Shown: piece after piece, positions 10,009 to 24,328 of the stretch
How the letters are laid out: every line of letters begins with the position of its first letter
How positions within the stretch are numbered: position 1 is the stretch's first letter
Source of the DNA: Gemmatimonadota bacterium
GTDB taxonomy: Bacteria; Gemmatimonadota; Gemmatimonadetes; Gemmatimonadales; Gemmatimonadaceae
Assembly: GCA_040389905.1 (NCBI GenBank)
Contig: JAZJZK010000034.1
Coordinates: forward strand, 21,527 to 85,526
Length of the DNA: 64,000 nt
Direction: 5' to 3'
Made by a program: the position numbers and the translations under genes
The notes under the pieces: model-generated
The model's database searches: none
What the model was told of the DNA's origin: nothing
Seen by the model: only the letters and a program-made list of their open reading frames with translations

Positions 10009-10479
10009 TCAGAGCGGTGCAATTTCCCGCTTGAGCACCAGCGCGTCGTCCGTTGGGTTTCTGTAGTAATTACGTCGCCGGCCGACCTCGAAGAACGCGC
10101 GCGACTGGTACAGAGCCCGTGCTGCCGAGTTCATCTCCCTGACTTCCAGGTAGAGCCATTCCACACCTTCGGACGCGAGCCGCGCGATCGCGGCGTCGAG
10201 CAGAAGACCCCCTACCCCGCCGCTTCGAAATGCTGGATCGACGGCGATATCCGCGACCTCGGATTCCGGACCAACCACGGTGAGGATAACGTACCCCACT
10301 GGCCGCCCGCCGCCACCCTCCTCCGACTCGGCAACAAGGAAGCGCATATGCGGCAGCGCCAGCGAGGATGCGAACGCATCCCGCGACCATGGATCCACGA
10401 AAGACGCATTCTCGATGTCCAGCACCGCCGGCAGGTCGCTGGGCGTTGCCTCCCTGACCGTCACCGGCACCGCCGTCAA
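10009..10479 (-). CDS. rimI: Ribosomal-protein-alanine N-acetyltransferase (GNAT)
   Basis: Start trimmed to TTG 10479, overlapping the tsaB stop; IENASFVDPWS, LEVREMNSAARALY and GRRRNYY motifs. Confidence 0.88.
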   Translation of the reverse strand: MTAVPVTVREATPSDLPAVLDIENASFVDPWSRDAFASSLALPHMRFLVAESEEGGGGRPVGYVILTVVGPESEVADIAVDPAFRSGGVGGLLLDAAIARLASEGVEWLYLEVREMNSAARALYQSRAFFEVGRRRNYYRNPTDDALVLKREIAPL

Positions 10480-11141
10480 TTGGATTGCAGCGCCCTGCCG
10501 TGCACCGCCTCCCACTTCACCTGAGCCTCCGCGAGCCGTCCGTACCCAGGCTCCCATGCTGCCAGATCTGCGGGCTCCCAAGCGCCAATCATGTTTGTGA
10601 TGTGCCTCGCCGCGCTTGCTCGCGGCACCACCCGAGCGCCTTCCGACTGTTGTGGGCCGATCAATTTCGCATCGCGCGACTCGGCCAATTGCACGAGCGT
10701 CGGCGTTGCGATCAGCGCCAACGCTCCGGCCGAAACGATGGAGCCGCCCTCGTTGAATTCGAATTCCTGGACGTAACTCTCGCCCCGCATGGCATCGACC
10801 GCCGCCAGAAACCGACCGGCTCGGCGCGACTCGGAGGATTCGACCAAGAGCCTCAGTGATGACACCGGATACAACGCTGCTCCCGAAGCCATGGCCAGCC
10901 CCTTGGCGATCGCGGCTGAGATTCGAAGGCTCGTGAAGCTCCCGGGACCGGAGCCGCAAACGACCCTGCGGATGGCGGTGGGAGACAGCTCCGCGGCCGC
11001 GAGGAGCTCACCCACTGCGGCCATCAGCGCCTCCTGCTCGCGTCCGCGCATCGTCACCACGCGTTCGCCCAACAGCTGAACGCCATCGAGAAGCGCGACG
11101 CTGCCTTCGTACGTCGACGACTCAAGCGCCAGCGTGATCAC
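10476..11141 (-). CDS. tsaB: tRNA threonylcarbamoyladenosine biosynthesis protein TsaB
   Basis: LALESST start and GPGSFTSLRI motif; flanked by tsaE and rimI. Confidence 0.92.
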   Translation of the reverse strand: MITLALESSTYEGSVALLDGVQLLGERVVTMRGREQEALMAAVGELLAAAELSPTAIRRVVCGSGPGSFTSLRISAAIAKGLAMASGAALYPVSSLRLLVESSESRRAGRFLAAVDAMRGESYVQEFEFNEGGSIVSAGALALIATPTLVQLAESRDAKLIGPQQSEGARVVPRASAARHITNMIGAWEPADLAAWEPGYGRLAEAQVKWEAVHGRALQSN

Positions 11142-11617
11142 GAGTGCCAGCCGGCGTACAGCAGACGCCGCTCAGGATCGTCCGGCAAGTGCTGGAGGGA
11201 TAGCGTCACATGCCCTGACGGAACGCGATCACCGGCCCGCTCCGGCCATTCAACCAGCACGACGCCGGGCCCGGAAACGATCTCGTCCCACGCCAATGCG
11301 TCGAGCTGATCGGGCCGGTCGAGCCGGTAGAGATCGAGGTGGTGGACCGTGGAGCGGGGCGCGGCGTACTCGTGGACCAGTGCGAACGTCGGGCTCGTGA
11401 CGTCCTCCGCGACGCCATACCCCTGACAGATGGCCTGCACGAGCGTCGTCTTGCCTGCCCCGAGCTCACCCGTAATCGTGACCAGCAACGGCGCGTGCGC
11501 CGCTCGCCCGAACTTGCGTCCCCACTCGCGGAGTTCGTCCTCGCGCATGGCGAGGGCGCCGTGATCGGCAAGTGGAGGCACCAGCGGGGGATGATCATGG
11601 CCGCCGAACTCGCTCAT
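11138..11617 (-). CDS. tsaE: tRNA threonylcarbamoyladenosine biosynthesis ATPase TsaE
   Basis: [22 protein letters not shown] and VEWPE motifs. Confidence 0.94.
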   Translation of the reverse strand: MSEFGGHDHPPLVPPLADHGALAMREDELREWGRKFGRAAHAPLLVTITGELGAGKTTLVQAICQGYGVAEDVTSPTFALVHEYAAPRSTVHHLDLYRLDRPDQLDALAWDEIVSGPGVVLVEWPERAGDRVPSGHVTLSLQHLPDDPERRLLYAGWHS

Positions 11618-13680
11618 CGCGCTGCCTTCACGCCCGCTGCCGCGTTCGCGCGCGTTGTTCCGCCACCCATGCGCGCTTTCACTTCGAACAGCTGGTCGCG
11701 CAAACGAGCGGCGGCCTCGAAATCGAGCGCCGTGGCGGCTTCCTTCATCTGCTGCTCCAGCATGGTGACGAGCGTCTCGGGATCGACCAGATCGTAGCTC
11801 GCCGCCTCCTTCTCCGCGACCTTCCGGGCAGCCCGCTTCGGACGATCATCCTCGCGCTCGACGCGGGCATCGGCCACACGCGTGCTGAAGCGCACCTGAT
11901 CGATACTCTTCGACACCGAGGTTGGCGTGATGCCGTGTTCGACATTGTACGCCGTCTGGATCGTACGCCGGCGCGCCGTTTCTTCCATGCACCGCTGCAT
12001 CGACCCCGTGATCTTGTCGGCATAGAAAATCGCCCGGCCGTTCACGTGCCGAGCCGCCCGGCCAACGGTCTGGATGAGCGAGCGGTCCGAGCGCAGGAAG
12101 CCCTCCTGGTCTGCATCGAGAATGGCGACGAGCGACACCTCGGGCATATCCAGCCCCTCGCGCAACAGGTTGATGCCGACCAGCACGTCGAACTCACCCA
12201 GCCGCAGACCGCGGACAATCTCCATGCGTTCGATGGCGTCGATGTCCGAGTGCATGTACCGGACACGTACGCCGACCTGCTGGAGGTAGTCGGTGAGATC
12301 TTCCGACATCCGCTTGGTCAGCGTGGTGACGAGGACCCGTTCGCCCACCTTCGCCCGCTTCTGGATTTCTGCCAGAAGATCGTCCACCTGCCCACGGACC
12401 GACCGGATCTCGATTTCCGGGTCGATCAGCCCAGTGGGGCGAATGATCTGCTCGACGACGACGCCTTCCGAAAGGCGAAGCTCCAACTCACCCGGCGTGG
12501 CGGATACGAACACGGCGCGCGGCGTGAGAGAAAGGAACTCATCGAACATCAGCGGCCGGTTGTCGAGCGCGCTCGGAAGCCGGAATCCGTAGTCCACGAG
12601 CGTCAGCTTCCGCGCCCTATCGCCATTGAACATGCCCCCGATCTGCGGCAGGGTGACGTGCGACTCGTCCACGACCACGAGAAAATCTTCGGGGAAATAG
12701 TCGAACAAGCACGCGGGCCGCTCACCGGCATCCCGACCGGACAGGTGGCGGGAGTAGTTCTCGATGCCAGCGCAGGTGCCGATCTCGAGCATCATCTCGA
12801 TGTCGAAGTTGGTGCGGCTCTCCAGGCGTTGCGCTTCGAGCAGCCGCCCATTCGACCGCATCTCTGCCAACCGCTCGACCAACTCGGCGCGGATCAGCCT
12901 GACCGCCTTTTCGAGCGTCGGGCGCTGGGTAACGAAATGTTTCGCAGGATACACCGCGGTCTTCTCGAGCACCGCAATCGTTTCCCCCGTGAGGACGTTG
13001 ATCTTGGAGATGCGCTCCACCTCGTCGCCCCACAGTTCGACCCGGACCCCCTGCTCTTCGTACGCGGGAAAGATCTCGACCGTATCGCCACGGACCCGAA
13101 AGGTGCCACGCTCGAACGCGACGTCATTCCGGTTGTACTGTATCCGGACGAGGGAACGGAGGAGATCGTCGCGGTTGACGCGCTGGCCCGTGGTCACCGT
13201 GACCATCTGCTCGCGATACGACACCGGGTCTCCCAACCCGTAAATCGCGCTCACGGTGGCCACGATGATGACGTCGTTGCGTTCCATCAGCGACGAGGTT
13301 GCGCGCAACCGCAGCCGATCGATGTCCTCGTTGATCGATGCGTCCTTCTCGATGTACGTGTCCGAGGACGGCACGTACGCCTCCGGCTGATAGTAGTCGT
13401 AGTACGAGATGAAGTACTCGACGGCATTCTGGGGAAAGAAGCCCTTGATTTCGCCGTACAGCTGCGCGGCCAGGGTCTTGTTATGACTGAGCACCAGCGT
13501 CGGCTTGCCGTATTGCGCGATGACGTTGGCCATCGTCATCGTCTTCCCCGACCCCGTTACGCCGAGTAGCGCCTGGAATCGGTCGTCGCGGTCGAGCCCC
13601 TGCATGAGCTCAGCGATGGCCTTCGGCTGATCGCCAGCCGGCTGGAAGGGAGCCTGGAGGGAGAACTCGGCACGAGGCAT
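11614..13680 (-). CDS. uvrB: Excinuclease ABC subunit B
   Basis: Start trimmed to [33 protein letters not shown] and VDESH motifs, C-terminal UVR domain. Confidence 0.97.
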   Translation of the reverse strand: MPRAEFSLQAPFQPAGDQPKAIAELMQGLDRDDRFQALLGVTGSGKTMTMANVIAQYGKPTLVLSHNKTLAAQLYGEIKGFFPQNAVEYFISYYDYYQPEAYVPSSDTYIEKDASINEDIDRLRLRATSSLMERNDVIIVATVSAIYGLGDPVSYREQMVTVTTGQRVNRDDLLRSLVRIQYNRNDVAFERGTFRVRGDTVEIFPAYEEQGVRVELWGDEVERISKINVLTGETIAVLEKTAVYPAKHFVTQRPTLEKAVRLIRAELVERLAEMRSNGRLLEAQRLESRTNFDIEMMLEIGTCAGIENYSRHLSGRDAGERPACLFDYFPEDFLVVVDESHVTLPQIGGMFNGDRARKLTLVDYGFRLPSALDNRPLMFDEFLSLTPRAVFVSATPGELELRLSEGVVVEQIIRPTGLIDPEIEIRSVRGQVDDLLAEIQKRAKVGERVLVTTLTKRMSEDLTDYLQQVGVRVRYMHSDIDAIERMEIVRGLRLGEFDVLVGINLLREGLDMPEVSLVAILDADQEGFLRSDRSLIQTVGRAARHVNGRAIFYADKITGSMQRCMEETARRRTIQTAYNVEHGITPTSVSKSIDQVRFSTRVADARVEREDDRPKRAARKVAEKEAASYDLVDPETLVTMLEQQMKEAATALDFEAAARLRDQLFEVKARMGGGTTRANAAAGVKAAR

Positions 13681-13769
13681 AGACGAGCAATCTAGCATAT
13701 CGGGATTTGTTCGGGTAGGCCTGACAAAACCCGCAAAACGCGAAACGTGCACAGTGCGTAGAATCAGGC

Positions 13770-14555
13770 ATGTCACGTACTCGACTGCGCGCGCTCGTCG
13801 TGCTCTGCGTCTGTTTGGCCGGTGTCCCGCTCCTCGCTCAGCGCGGCTTCCGCGGCGGGCCCCCTATCGATTTCGTCGAGCGGGCGGCGCCATACGATGG
13901 GCGCTTCGCCTTTGCGCGCCTGAAATTCGTTACGGCGCCCGGGGGGTACTACTATCGCGGGCTTCCCGCCTGGGCGCACGGCTACCCGAACGCCGAAAAC
14001 CACCTCTCGCGCATCATGAGTGAGGTGAGCGCGATCAAGGTGATCGAGGACGCGCGCAACGTGCTCGCGCTCGACGATCCGGAGCTCTTCAAGTTTCCCG
14101 TCGCGTATATGGCGGAAGCCGGCTACTGGACGATGACCGACAAGGAAGCGGCCGGGCTTCGCGCATTTCTCCTGAAGGGCGGATTCGTCATTTTCGACGA
14201 CTTTCGTGACGATGGGCGCAATGCTGGCGGTTACGCGAATTTCGAGATGCAGATGAAGCGCGTCTTCCCGAATGCGCGACTCCTCCCGATGACGCACGAC
14301 CACCCGATCTACCATTCGTTCTTCGAAATCCCGTCTCTCGACCTGATCCCGCAATCGTATGGATCGGGGCCGCCCACGTATCTCGGCCTGTTCGAGAACA
14401 ACGATCCGAAGAAACGGTTAATGGCGATCATCAACTTCAACACGGATGTCGCGGATTTCTGGGAGTTCTCGTCGCAGGGTTTCTACCCGATTGCCGAGGG
14501 CAACGAGGCGTACAAGCTCGGGGTGAATTACATGGTGTACGCGCTGACCCATTAG
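13770..14555 (+). CDS. DUF4159-type exported protein
   Basis: Signal peptide; [33 protein letters not shown] and [12 protein letters not shown] resemble DUF4159. Confidence 0.75.
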   Translation: MSRTRLRALVVLCVCLAGVPLLAQRGFRGGPPIDFVERAAPYDGRFAFARLKFVTAPGGYYYRGLPAWAHGYPNAENHLSRIMSEVSAIKVIEDARNVLALDDPELFKFPVAYMAEAGYWTMTDKEAAGLRAFLLKGGFVIFDDFRDDGRNAGGYANFEMQMKRVFPNARLLPMTHDHPIYHSFFEIPSLDLIPQSYGSGPPTYLGLFENNDPKKRLMAIINFNTDVADFWEFSSQGFYPIAEGNEAYKLGVNYMVYALTH

Positions 14556-14592
14556 GGGACAGGGTCAATTCAAGCAAGCTGCGTGACCACCA

Positions 14593-14719
14593 GCACATTG
14601 AACGCGGATTGAGCGAATTGAGGCGGATCAAATCTGATAAAGCGCTTAAAAGCGCTTCAAAAAAAGAGTTTGATTCAGACCTTATCCGCTTCCATCCGCT
14701 CAATCCGCGTTCAATGTGC
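14593..14719. repeat. Palindromic CGGATT-family element, copy 1
   Basis: Perfect 23-bp terminal inverted repeat GCACATTGAACGCGGATTGAGCG / CGCTCAATCCGCGTTCAATGTGC around an AT-rich centre; lies between convergent genes. Confidence 0.88.
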
Positions 14720-14764
14720 CACCGCGACGCTAGTGTGAACGTCGCGCTTTCCCCCCTCTGATGC

Positions 14765-16930
14765 CTAGCTGTACGGCGTGATCCTCTCTCGCCGCGCCAC
14801 TTCGGTAATCCCTTTCACCTTGCGCGTGGATTTGATGATTTTCTGGAGGTGCGCGAGGTTCTCCACCTCGACCAGCACCGCGCCCATCGCCTTGCCGTCG
14901 GTGCTCTTGAGTTCCATGCCGCGAATGTTCGTTCCCGAATCGGTCACGGCGGCGGCGACGTCGGCGTAGAGGCCACGCCGGTCGTTGCCCTCGAGCGTGA
15001 GGCGTACGACGAAACGCTCACCTTCTGCTTCCTGCCAGTCGATTTCCAGACGGCGCTCCGGCTCATGCGCCAGGAACAGCAAATTGGGACAATCCGCTCG
15101 ATGGATGCTGACCCCGCGACCACGCGTCACGTAGCCCGTCACCGGATCGCCTGGTACGGGCTGACAACATTGCGCGTAGCGAACCATCAGTCCGTCCACG
15201 CCCTGAATCTTGACACCCTTCGACCCGCGAACCTTCTCGACGAGCCGCTCGACGATGCTGAGCTTCGGCACCTCGTCTTCCTGATGCTCCGGAAAGAGGT
15301 GCTTGATCGCGAGTCCGACGCTCACATCGCCCTGTCCGATCGACGCATGGAGATGCTGCGCATCGACGAGCGAGAGCTGGCGAGCCGCGACGTCGAGTGC
15401 GCTTTCGTCCGGCTTCGATAGCCGCCGCCGGCGCAGTTCGCGCTCGAGGATGTCCTGCCCGAGCTTGACCGACGACGAATGTTCTTCGTGCCGCAGCCAC
15501 TGGCGAATCTTGTGACGCGCTCGGCCGGTGCGCACATGCGCCAGCCAATCGCGGCTCGGCTTGGCGTTCGTCGCCGTGATGATCTCGACCGTTTCCGAGT
15601 TGCGGAGCTCGCGCGACAACGGCGCGATACGCCCATTCACCTTCGCGCCCGCACAATGGAGCCCCACCTCCGAGTGCACCGCGAAGGCAAAGTCGATCGG
15701 CGTCGCACCCTTCGGCAACTGATGGACATCGCCCTTGGGTGAGAACACGAAGATCTCGTCGGCGTACAGATCGAGCTTCAGGAACTCGAGGAATTCATCC
15801 GGCGTCTTCGCGTCGAGTTGCAGTTCGAGAATCTGCCGGAACCACGTCAGGTGCTTATCCAGCTCGTCCGCGCTCTTCGCGTCTTCCTTGTACAACCAGT
15901 GCGCCGCAATCCCGAAGTCCGCGGTCCGGTGCATCGCCTTGGTGCGGATCTGGATTTCGTAGAGCTGACGCCCCGGGCCAAACACCGTCGTATGCAGGGA
16001 CTGATACCCGTTCGACTTTGGCTGCGCGATGTAGTCCTTGATCCGCTCCTGGACCGGCGTGTAGCCGTCATGGATGACACCAAGGGCGTGATAGCAGTCC
16101 GGGACGCCGTTGACGAGCACGCGGATGGCGAGCAGATCGAAGATCTCCTCGTACGGTTTCTCGCGCTGCTTCATCTTCTTGTAGATCGACCACAGGTGCT
16201 TCGGTCGGCCCGTGACGTCAACGTCCTTGATCCCCGCACGCGCAAGCTCGCGCTCCAGAGGCTCGCGCAACGCCGCAATCAACTCTTCGCGCTCGGCGCG
16301 CTTCTGCGCGACCTTCTTCGAGAGCGCTTTGTACTCGTCGGGTTCGAGGTGCTTGAAGGCGAGATCCTCGAGCTCCCAACGCATCTTCGCCATACCGAAG
16401 CGATGGGCGAGCGGCGCGTAGAGGTCGCGCGTCTCCTGCGCGATGCGGCGTTGCTTGTCTTCCGGCAGGTAGTCGAGCGTCCGCATGTTATGCAGCCGGT
16501 CCGCGAGCTTCACGATGATGACGCGCGCGTCCTTCGCGATGGAGAGGAGCAGCTTCCGATAGCTCTCGACTTGCCGATCCTGATTTGATCCACTGTTCGG
16601 CAGCTTCGCGATCTTCGTCAACCCGTCGACGATCGCCGCGATCTCCTTGCCGAACTCGCGCTCGACGTCCTCGACCGTGATCTTGGTGTCTTCGACGACG
16701 TCGTGAATCAGTCCGCTCGCGACCGTCGTCGAATCGAGTTGGAGGTCGGCGAGAATCTTCGCCACCTCGACACAATGCGTGACGTACGGCTCGCCCGAAT
16801 TGCGCGTCTGGCCACGATGCGCCTCCTCGCTGAACCGGTAGGCGCGCGCGAGCAGTTCCTGATCGAGACGCTGGTTTGCGCCTTCGTTCAGGCTCCAATC
16901 GGGAATGACTTCGCGCAACGCCGTGGCCAT
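14765..16930 (-). CDS. rel: Bifunctional (p)ppGpp synthetase/hydrolase, RelA/SpoT family
   Basis: HD hydrolase (LIHDVVEDT), synthetase (KSNGYQSLHT, EIQIRT), TGS and ACT domains. Confidence 0.96.
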   Translation of the reverse strand: MATALREVIPDWSLNEGANQRLDQELLARAYRFSEEAHRGQTRNSGEPYVTHCVEVAKILADLQLDSTTVASGLIHDVVEDTKITVEDVEREFGKEIAAIVDGLTKIAKLPNSGSNQDRQVESYRKLLLSIAKDARVIIVKLADRLHNMRTLDYLPEDKQRRIAQETRDLYAPLAHRFGMAKMRWELEDLAFKHLEPDEYKALSKKVAQKRAEREELIAALREPLERELARAGIKDVDVTGRPKHLWSIYKKMKQREKPYEEIFDLLAIRVLVNGVPDCYHALGVIHDGYTPVQERIKDYIAQPKSNGYQSLHTTVFGPGRQLYEIQIRTKAMHRTADFGIAAHWLYKEDAKSADELDKHLTWFRQILELQLDAKTPDEFLEFLKLDLYADEIFVFSPKGDVHQLPKGATPIDFAFAVHSEVGLHCAGAKVNGRIAPLSRELRNSETVEIITATNAKPSRDWLAHVRTGRARHKIRQWLRHEEHSSSVKLGQDILERELRRRRLSKPDESALDVAARQLSLVDAQHLHASIGQGDVSVGLAIKHLFPEHQEDEVPKLSIVERLVEKVRGSKGVKIQGVDGLMVRYAQCCQPVPGDPVTGYVTRGRGVSIHRADCPNLLFLAHEPERRLEIDWQEAEGERFVVRLTLEGNDRRGLYADVAAAVTDSGTNIRGMELKSTDGKAMGAVLVEVENLAHLQKIIKSTRKVKGITEVARRERITPYS

Positions 16931-16951
16931 CAGCTCTGTCTCTCCTCCCCT

Positions 16952-17410
16952 CTACGCCGCAAGCGCACTCGGCCACGGCTCCACCACGTCGATGTCGACG
17001 TGCCTGGCAATGAGCTCGAAATCAGCCTTGTTGAAGGTAACGATCGTCGCTCCCAACTCGCTCGCCGTCGCCGCAATGAGAATATCGTGAAAGAATGAGC
17101 GCTGCCCAAGTCGTGACCGATTCGGAGCGCGTGTGCGCAGTCGCCGATCGATCGCCGACGCCCGCTCCCACGTTCCGAAGCCGGGCGTCAGGAGACGCTT
17201 CCTGGTCAGAAAGGGCTCGACCAACGTGTCCCGAAGCTGACGCAGGCTCTTCGGCGTCTGTGCGCCCACCAGCAGCTCCGACACGACCACCGCGCTGAGA
17301 ACGAGCCGCGGCAGATGCGCCCGATGGAATTCCAGAAGCTGACGTCCAAACTCGGCCTCGCGGAAGCCGTGGATGTAGACGTTGGAGTCGAGGAGATACA
17401 TCGGACTCAT
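16952..17410 (-). CDS. PIN-domain (VapC-type) toxin
   Basis: YLLDSNVYI, VVSELLVG and DILIAATA...IVTFNKADF, the PIN acidic tetrad pattern. Confidence 0.85.
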   Translation of the reverse strand: MSPMYLLDSNVYIHGFREAEFGRQLLEFHRAHLPRLVLSAVVVSELLVGAQTPKSLRQLRDTLVEPFLTRKRLLTPGFGTWERASAIDRRLRTRAPNRSRLGQRSFFHDILIAATASELGATIVTFNKADFELIARHVDIDVVEPWPSALAA

Positions 17411-17631
17411 GCGGAACGTGGCTTCGGCGAGAAGTGATCCGTGAACCCGCCGCGGCCGATCAGTCCCGCAAGTCCCCTGGTCACTTCGGCCTCGAACAGC
17501 GCGAAATCCTCGGCCAGCGCCAGCGCGCGGTCGATCGTTTCGGTTTCCGTATCCGTGCGCAGGAGCGTCATCACGCGATCGATGCGCTCCTGGTCGATGA
17601 AGATGTTTTTCCTGCGACGAGTCTGGGTCAT
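17407..17631 (-). CDS. Putative VapB-type antitoxin
   Basis: Small ORF overlapping the PIN gene start (ATGA); RRKNIFIDQERIDRV...TETETIDRAL looks like a ribbon-helix-helix. The start could be up to 17697. Confidence 0.7.
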   Translation of the reverse strand: MTQTRRRKNIFIDQERIDRVMTLLRTDTETETIDRALALAEDFALFEAEVTRGLAGLIGRGGFTDHFSPKPRSA

Positions 17632-17693
17632 ACGACGACTGTCAGTGGGAGTCATCTGTATAATCGCCTTCTTTTGCTGTATCGCGCAAGTGC

Positions 17694-18410
17694 TCATAGG
17701 AGTCCCGCCTCCGCGAAACTCAGGTACCGGCCTCGGCCGATGATGATGTGGTCGTGAACCGGGATATCCAGCACTTTCCCCGCGGTGACGAGTTGTTCAG
17801 TGACGACGCGGTCGTCCGCGCTGGGCGTAGGATCCCCGCTCGGGTGATTGTGTACGAGAATCACTGCGGCGGCGCGCTCGGCGATCGCTTCGCGGAACAC
17901 CTCCCGCGGATGCACGAGCGATGACGTCAACAGCCCGCGTGTGATGGTGACATCGCGTTCGAGCCGGTGCTGTGCATCGAGAATCGCGACGTGGAACTCC
18001 TCGACCGGAAGATCCTCGAGGCGCGGCGCAAAGAGCCGAGCAACGTCACGTGGGGAGCGGACAGGTGCGCCATCATCGCGTGATTCGGTGGCAAGGCGCC
18101 TCCCCAACTCGAGCGCGGCGTGAATCGTCACGGCGCGCGCCATGCCGACTCCATCGGTCTGCGTCAGCGCGGCGACGGGTTGCATCGCCATGCGGCGCAG
18201 CGAGCCGCCAGCGGTCGCGAGGAGTGCGTGGCCCAACTGGAGAGACGAGGCCTTCATGCTCCCCGCACCAATGAGCAGCGCGAGCAGCTCTGCCGAGCTC
18301 AATGCGGCGGCGCCCAACGAAACGAGCCGTTCGCGGGGGCGTTCCGACAGGGGGAGCTCGCGGATGGCGAGCACCGTGGACGACGAGTTGTGGCGAATGA
18401 TGGTCGGCAT
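17694..18410 (-). CDS. radC: RadC-family JAB domain protein
   Basis: ERPRERL...LSSAELLALL, VHPREVF and HNHPSGDPTPSADD motifs; start trimmed to MPTIIRH. Confidence 0.92.
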   Translation of the reverse strand: MPTIIRHNSSSTVLAIRELPLSERPRERLVSLGAAALSSAELLALLIGAGSMKASSLQLGHALLATAGGSLRRMAMQPVAALTQTDGVGMARAVTIHAALELGRRLATESRDDGAPVRSPRDVARLFAPRLEDLPVEEFHVAILDAQHRLERDVTITRGLLTSSLVHPREVFREAIAERAAAVILVHNHPSGDPTPSADDRVVTEQLVTAGKVLDIPVHDHIIIGRGRYLSFAEAGLL

Positions 18411-18425
18411 TGGCTTGGCTCTCGG

Positions 18426-18466
18426 AAAAAACGGGAGGGCCCTCGGCACAGTTGCGAGGGCCCTCC
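18426..18466 (-). terminator. Intrinsic terminator after secA
   Basis: GGAGGGCCCTCG / CGAGGGCCCTCC stem followed on the minus strand by CGTTTTTT. Confidence 0.8.
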
Positions 18467-18521
18467 AATTGTGAATCCGTCGTCGCGTCAGTGCGTCATC
18501 AAAATGCCGCAGACCGTGTCA

Positions 18522-21821
<3,300 letters not shown>

Positions 21822-21830
21822 GCAGTCCCC

Positions 21831-22400
21831 TTATCGATACAGCCGATGCTCAGTGATGTAGTCCACCACTGCATCCGGCATGAAACCGCGAATGGTCCGC
21901 CCGTCCGCAATCCGGGCACGCAACTCGGTGGACGAAATATCCACACGCCGCGTCTGGAGCACCTGCACCGTGTCCTCCACCCGCGAAGGCACGGGGTCGC
22001 CTCCCCGCGAGAGGACGGCGAGCCGCGCCAGCGACTGAATTCGTTTCGGTTCCCGCCACTGCTCGAACAAGGCAAAGGCATCTGCCCCGATCAGGAGCAC
22101 GAGCTCCGCCGAGGGAAATGCCGCCGCCAATGACGCCACGGTATCAACTGTGTAAGATAACCCGCTCCGGTCGATTTCCGTCGAATCGGCCCGGAAGCCG
22201 GGAATCCCCTGCACGAGTCGTTCGGTCATCGCCAGCCGGTGCAGCCCCGGGACCGAGGCCCCCCCGGTCTTGAATGGCTGCGCTGCGGCAGGGATGAAGC
22301 GAACTTCGTCGAGTCCCAGAGCCTCAGCGGCGTCGATGGTGGGGAGCAAATGCCCGAGATGCGGCGGGTCGAAGCTCCCCCCGAAGATCCCGAGGCGCAC
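21831..22400 (-). CDS. nadD: Nicotinate-nucleotide adenylyltransferase
   Basis: GGSFDPPHLGH, SYTVDT and ISSTELR motifs. Confidence 0.94.
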   Translation of the reverse strand: MRLGIFGGSFDPPHLGHLLPTIDAAEALGLDEVRFIPAAAQPFKTGGASVPGLHRLAMTERLVQGIPGFRADSTEIDRSGLSYTVDTVASLAAAFPSAELVLLIGADAFALFEQWREPKRIQSLARLAVLSRGGDPVPSRVEDTVQVLQTRRVDISSTELRARIADGRTIRGFMPDAVVDYITEHRLYR

Positions 22401-22403
22401 GCC

Positions 22404-23234
22404 TCAGGACGCGGGTGGCGTCACAGGGCGCTCAGTTGGCGGCCCGGTGGTCGACGGCGGCGAGTTCGCGGGTACGGACGGCGTCGCGACGGGGTCCGGC
22501 ACTCCGGCACACACCTGCTTGACTTCAACGTCCTCCGGATAGCCTTTCCGCAGCGCAAAGCATGTCTCGGACGCTTCCGGTTTGTACCGGATGATCTTGT
22601 ACGACTCGACCATCCGAAGCTGCGCGAGCCGGACGGTCGGCGTCGCGGGATACTTGGTAACGACGTCCGTGAAATAGATCAGCGCCGGATCGTATGCTCG
22701 CCGGCGGAAATAGTACATGCCGGTACCATAGGCTTTCTGGGCGAACATCTCGTCCAGCGCCTCCATCTCCTTCCGTGCTTCGGGGATGAGCGGCGACGTC
22801 GGGTACAGGCCAAGCAGCGTGTTGTACGTTGCGGCCGCCGTCTCGCCGTAGGTCGGGTCGAGCGCCGGCTTCCGCCACATCTTCGCGTAGTCCCGGGCCG
22901 ACTCGAGGGCCGCGTCATCCGCGAGCGTGTCGTCTGGAAAGCTCTCGACGATGCGCGAAAAGCTCGTCGCCGCCAGGATGAATTCGCCACGCTCTTCATG
23001 GGCCTTGCCGAGGTACCAATGCGAGCGCGGCAACAGCGTATCACGCGCCGGCAGGTCGGTCGTCAGCTTTTCGAGCGCCGTCACGGCATTGTCCCACCGT
23101 CCGGCTGCGATTTCCTGCATCGCAGCCTTATAGAGGGCTTCGTTCGTGGCGAACGTATGGAGCTGAAAGTCGGGATGGCAGGCCAGCACCGCGAAGAGCA
23201 GCGCGACGACCAGCGCCCGGCGAGAGAGAAGCAT
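22404..23234 (-). CDS. bamD: Outer membrane protein assembly lipoprotein BamD
   Basis: Start trimmed to MLLSRRALVV; lipobox VLAC and TPR helices; FSRIVESFPDD and YYFRRRAYDPA. Confidence 0.8.
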   Translation of the reverse strand: MLLSRRALVVALLFAVLACHPDFQLHTFATNEALYKAAMQEIAAGRWDNAVTALEKLTTDLPARDTLLPRSHWYLGKAHEERGEFILAATSFSRIVESFPDDTLADDAALESARDYAKMWRKPALDPTYGETAAATYNTLLGLYPTSPLIPEARKEMEALDEMFAQKAYGTGMYYFRRRAYDPALIYFTDVVTKYPATPTVRLAQLRMVESYKIIRYKPEASETCFALRKGYPEDVEVKQVCAGVPDPVATPSVPANSPPSTTGPPTERPVTPPAS

Positions 23235-23347
23235 ATCTTGGAACAATACCCGCAAGTTGGCCAACGGTTCGGGAACAGCCTGAGAAAGATACACGGCCCG
23301 CACCCTCCGGCCCACCCGCAGCACCGGAAAAGGCGTGGTCACCCGTT

Positions 23348-24328
23348 CTAGCCGGGAACGCGGCGTGGCCGAGGGACGCGCGGGGCCATCGCTGCCGTGC
23401 CGACGAGACCGCTGAAATACTCGATCGTGCGAGATAACCCTTCGCGCACGTCGACGGTCGGCTGCCACCCCAGCATGCTGCGCGCCCGCGTAATGTCCGG
23501 CTTGCGCACCTTGGGATCGTCCGTCGGCAACGGCTCGTAAACAACCGGTACGCGACTCCCCGTCAGCTCGACGACCATCTCGGCGAGCTGTGTGACGGTG
23601 TATTCGTCCGGATTCCCGATATTCGTGGGCATGTGGTCGCCCTTCATGAACAACTGGTAGATACCTTCTACTTCGTCCGACACGTAGCAGAAGCTGCGCG
23701 TCTGTGAACCGTCTCCGTAGATGGTGATCGGCTCGCCGGACAATGCCTGCACCACGAAATTCGAGACGACACGCCCGTCGCGCGGACGCATGCGGGGGCC
23801 GTACGTGTTGAAAATGCGCACGATCCGCGTGTCGACCCCATGATACGTGTGATACGCCATGGTGATCGCCTCCGCGAAGCGCTTCGCCTCATCATAGACA
23901 CCGCGAGGCCCGACGGGGTTTACGTTCCCCCAGTAGTCTTCGGTCTGCGGATGAACGAGGGGATCTCCGTAGACCTCGGAGGTCGAGGCAAGGAAGAAGC
24001 GCGCGCCCTTCTCCTTCGCCAGTCCAAGGGCGTTGTGCGTGCCGAGCGATCCGACCTTGAGCGTCTGGATCGGAAGCTCGAAGTAGTCGACGGGACTCGC
24101 CGGTGAGGCGAAATGGAGGACGCCGTCGAGCCCACCCGCGACGTACGTGAATGTCGAGATGTCGTGCTTGATGAACTCGAATCGGCTCTCACCCATCAGG
24201 TGCGCGATGTTCTCGGGCCGCCCGCTGATGAAATTGTCGAGGCCGACCACCGAATGCCCATCCGCGAGAAACCGATCGCACAAGTGCGAGCCGAGAAAAC
24301 CCGCCGCGCCGGTGATGAGTACCCTCAT
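23348..24328 (-). CDS. UDP-glucuronate decarboxylase (UDP-xylose synthase)-like SDR
   Basis: [45 protein letters not shown] and [10 protein letters not shown] motifs. Confidence 0.9.
   Translation of the reverse strand: MRVLITGAAGFLGSHLCDRFLADGHSVVGLDNFISGRPENIAHLMGESRFEFIKHDISTFTYVAGGLDGVLHFASPASPVDYFELPIQTLKVGSLGTHNALGLAKEKGARFFLASTSEVYGDPLVHPQTEDYWGNVNPVGPRGVYDEAKRFAEAITMAYHTYHGVDTRIVRIFNTYGPRMRPRDGRVVSNFVVQALSGEPITIYGDGSQTRSFCYVSDEVEGIYQLFMKGDHMPTNIGNPDEYTVTQLAEMVVELTGSRVPVVYEPLPTDDPKVRKPDITRARSMLGWQPTVDVREGLSRTIEYFSGLVGTAAMAPRVPRPRRVPG

Noticed and set aside
11572..13569. 665-aa plus-strand ORF antisense to uvrB
   Set aside because: Shadow ORF typical of GC-rich codon bias; no recognisable motifs, and it fully overlaps a conserved gene.
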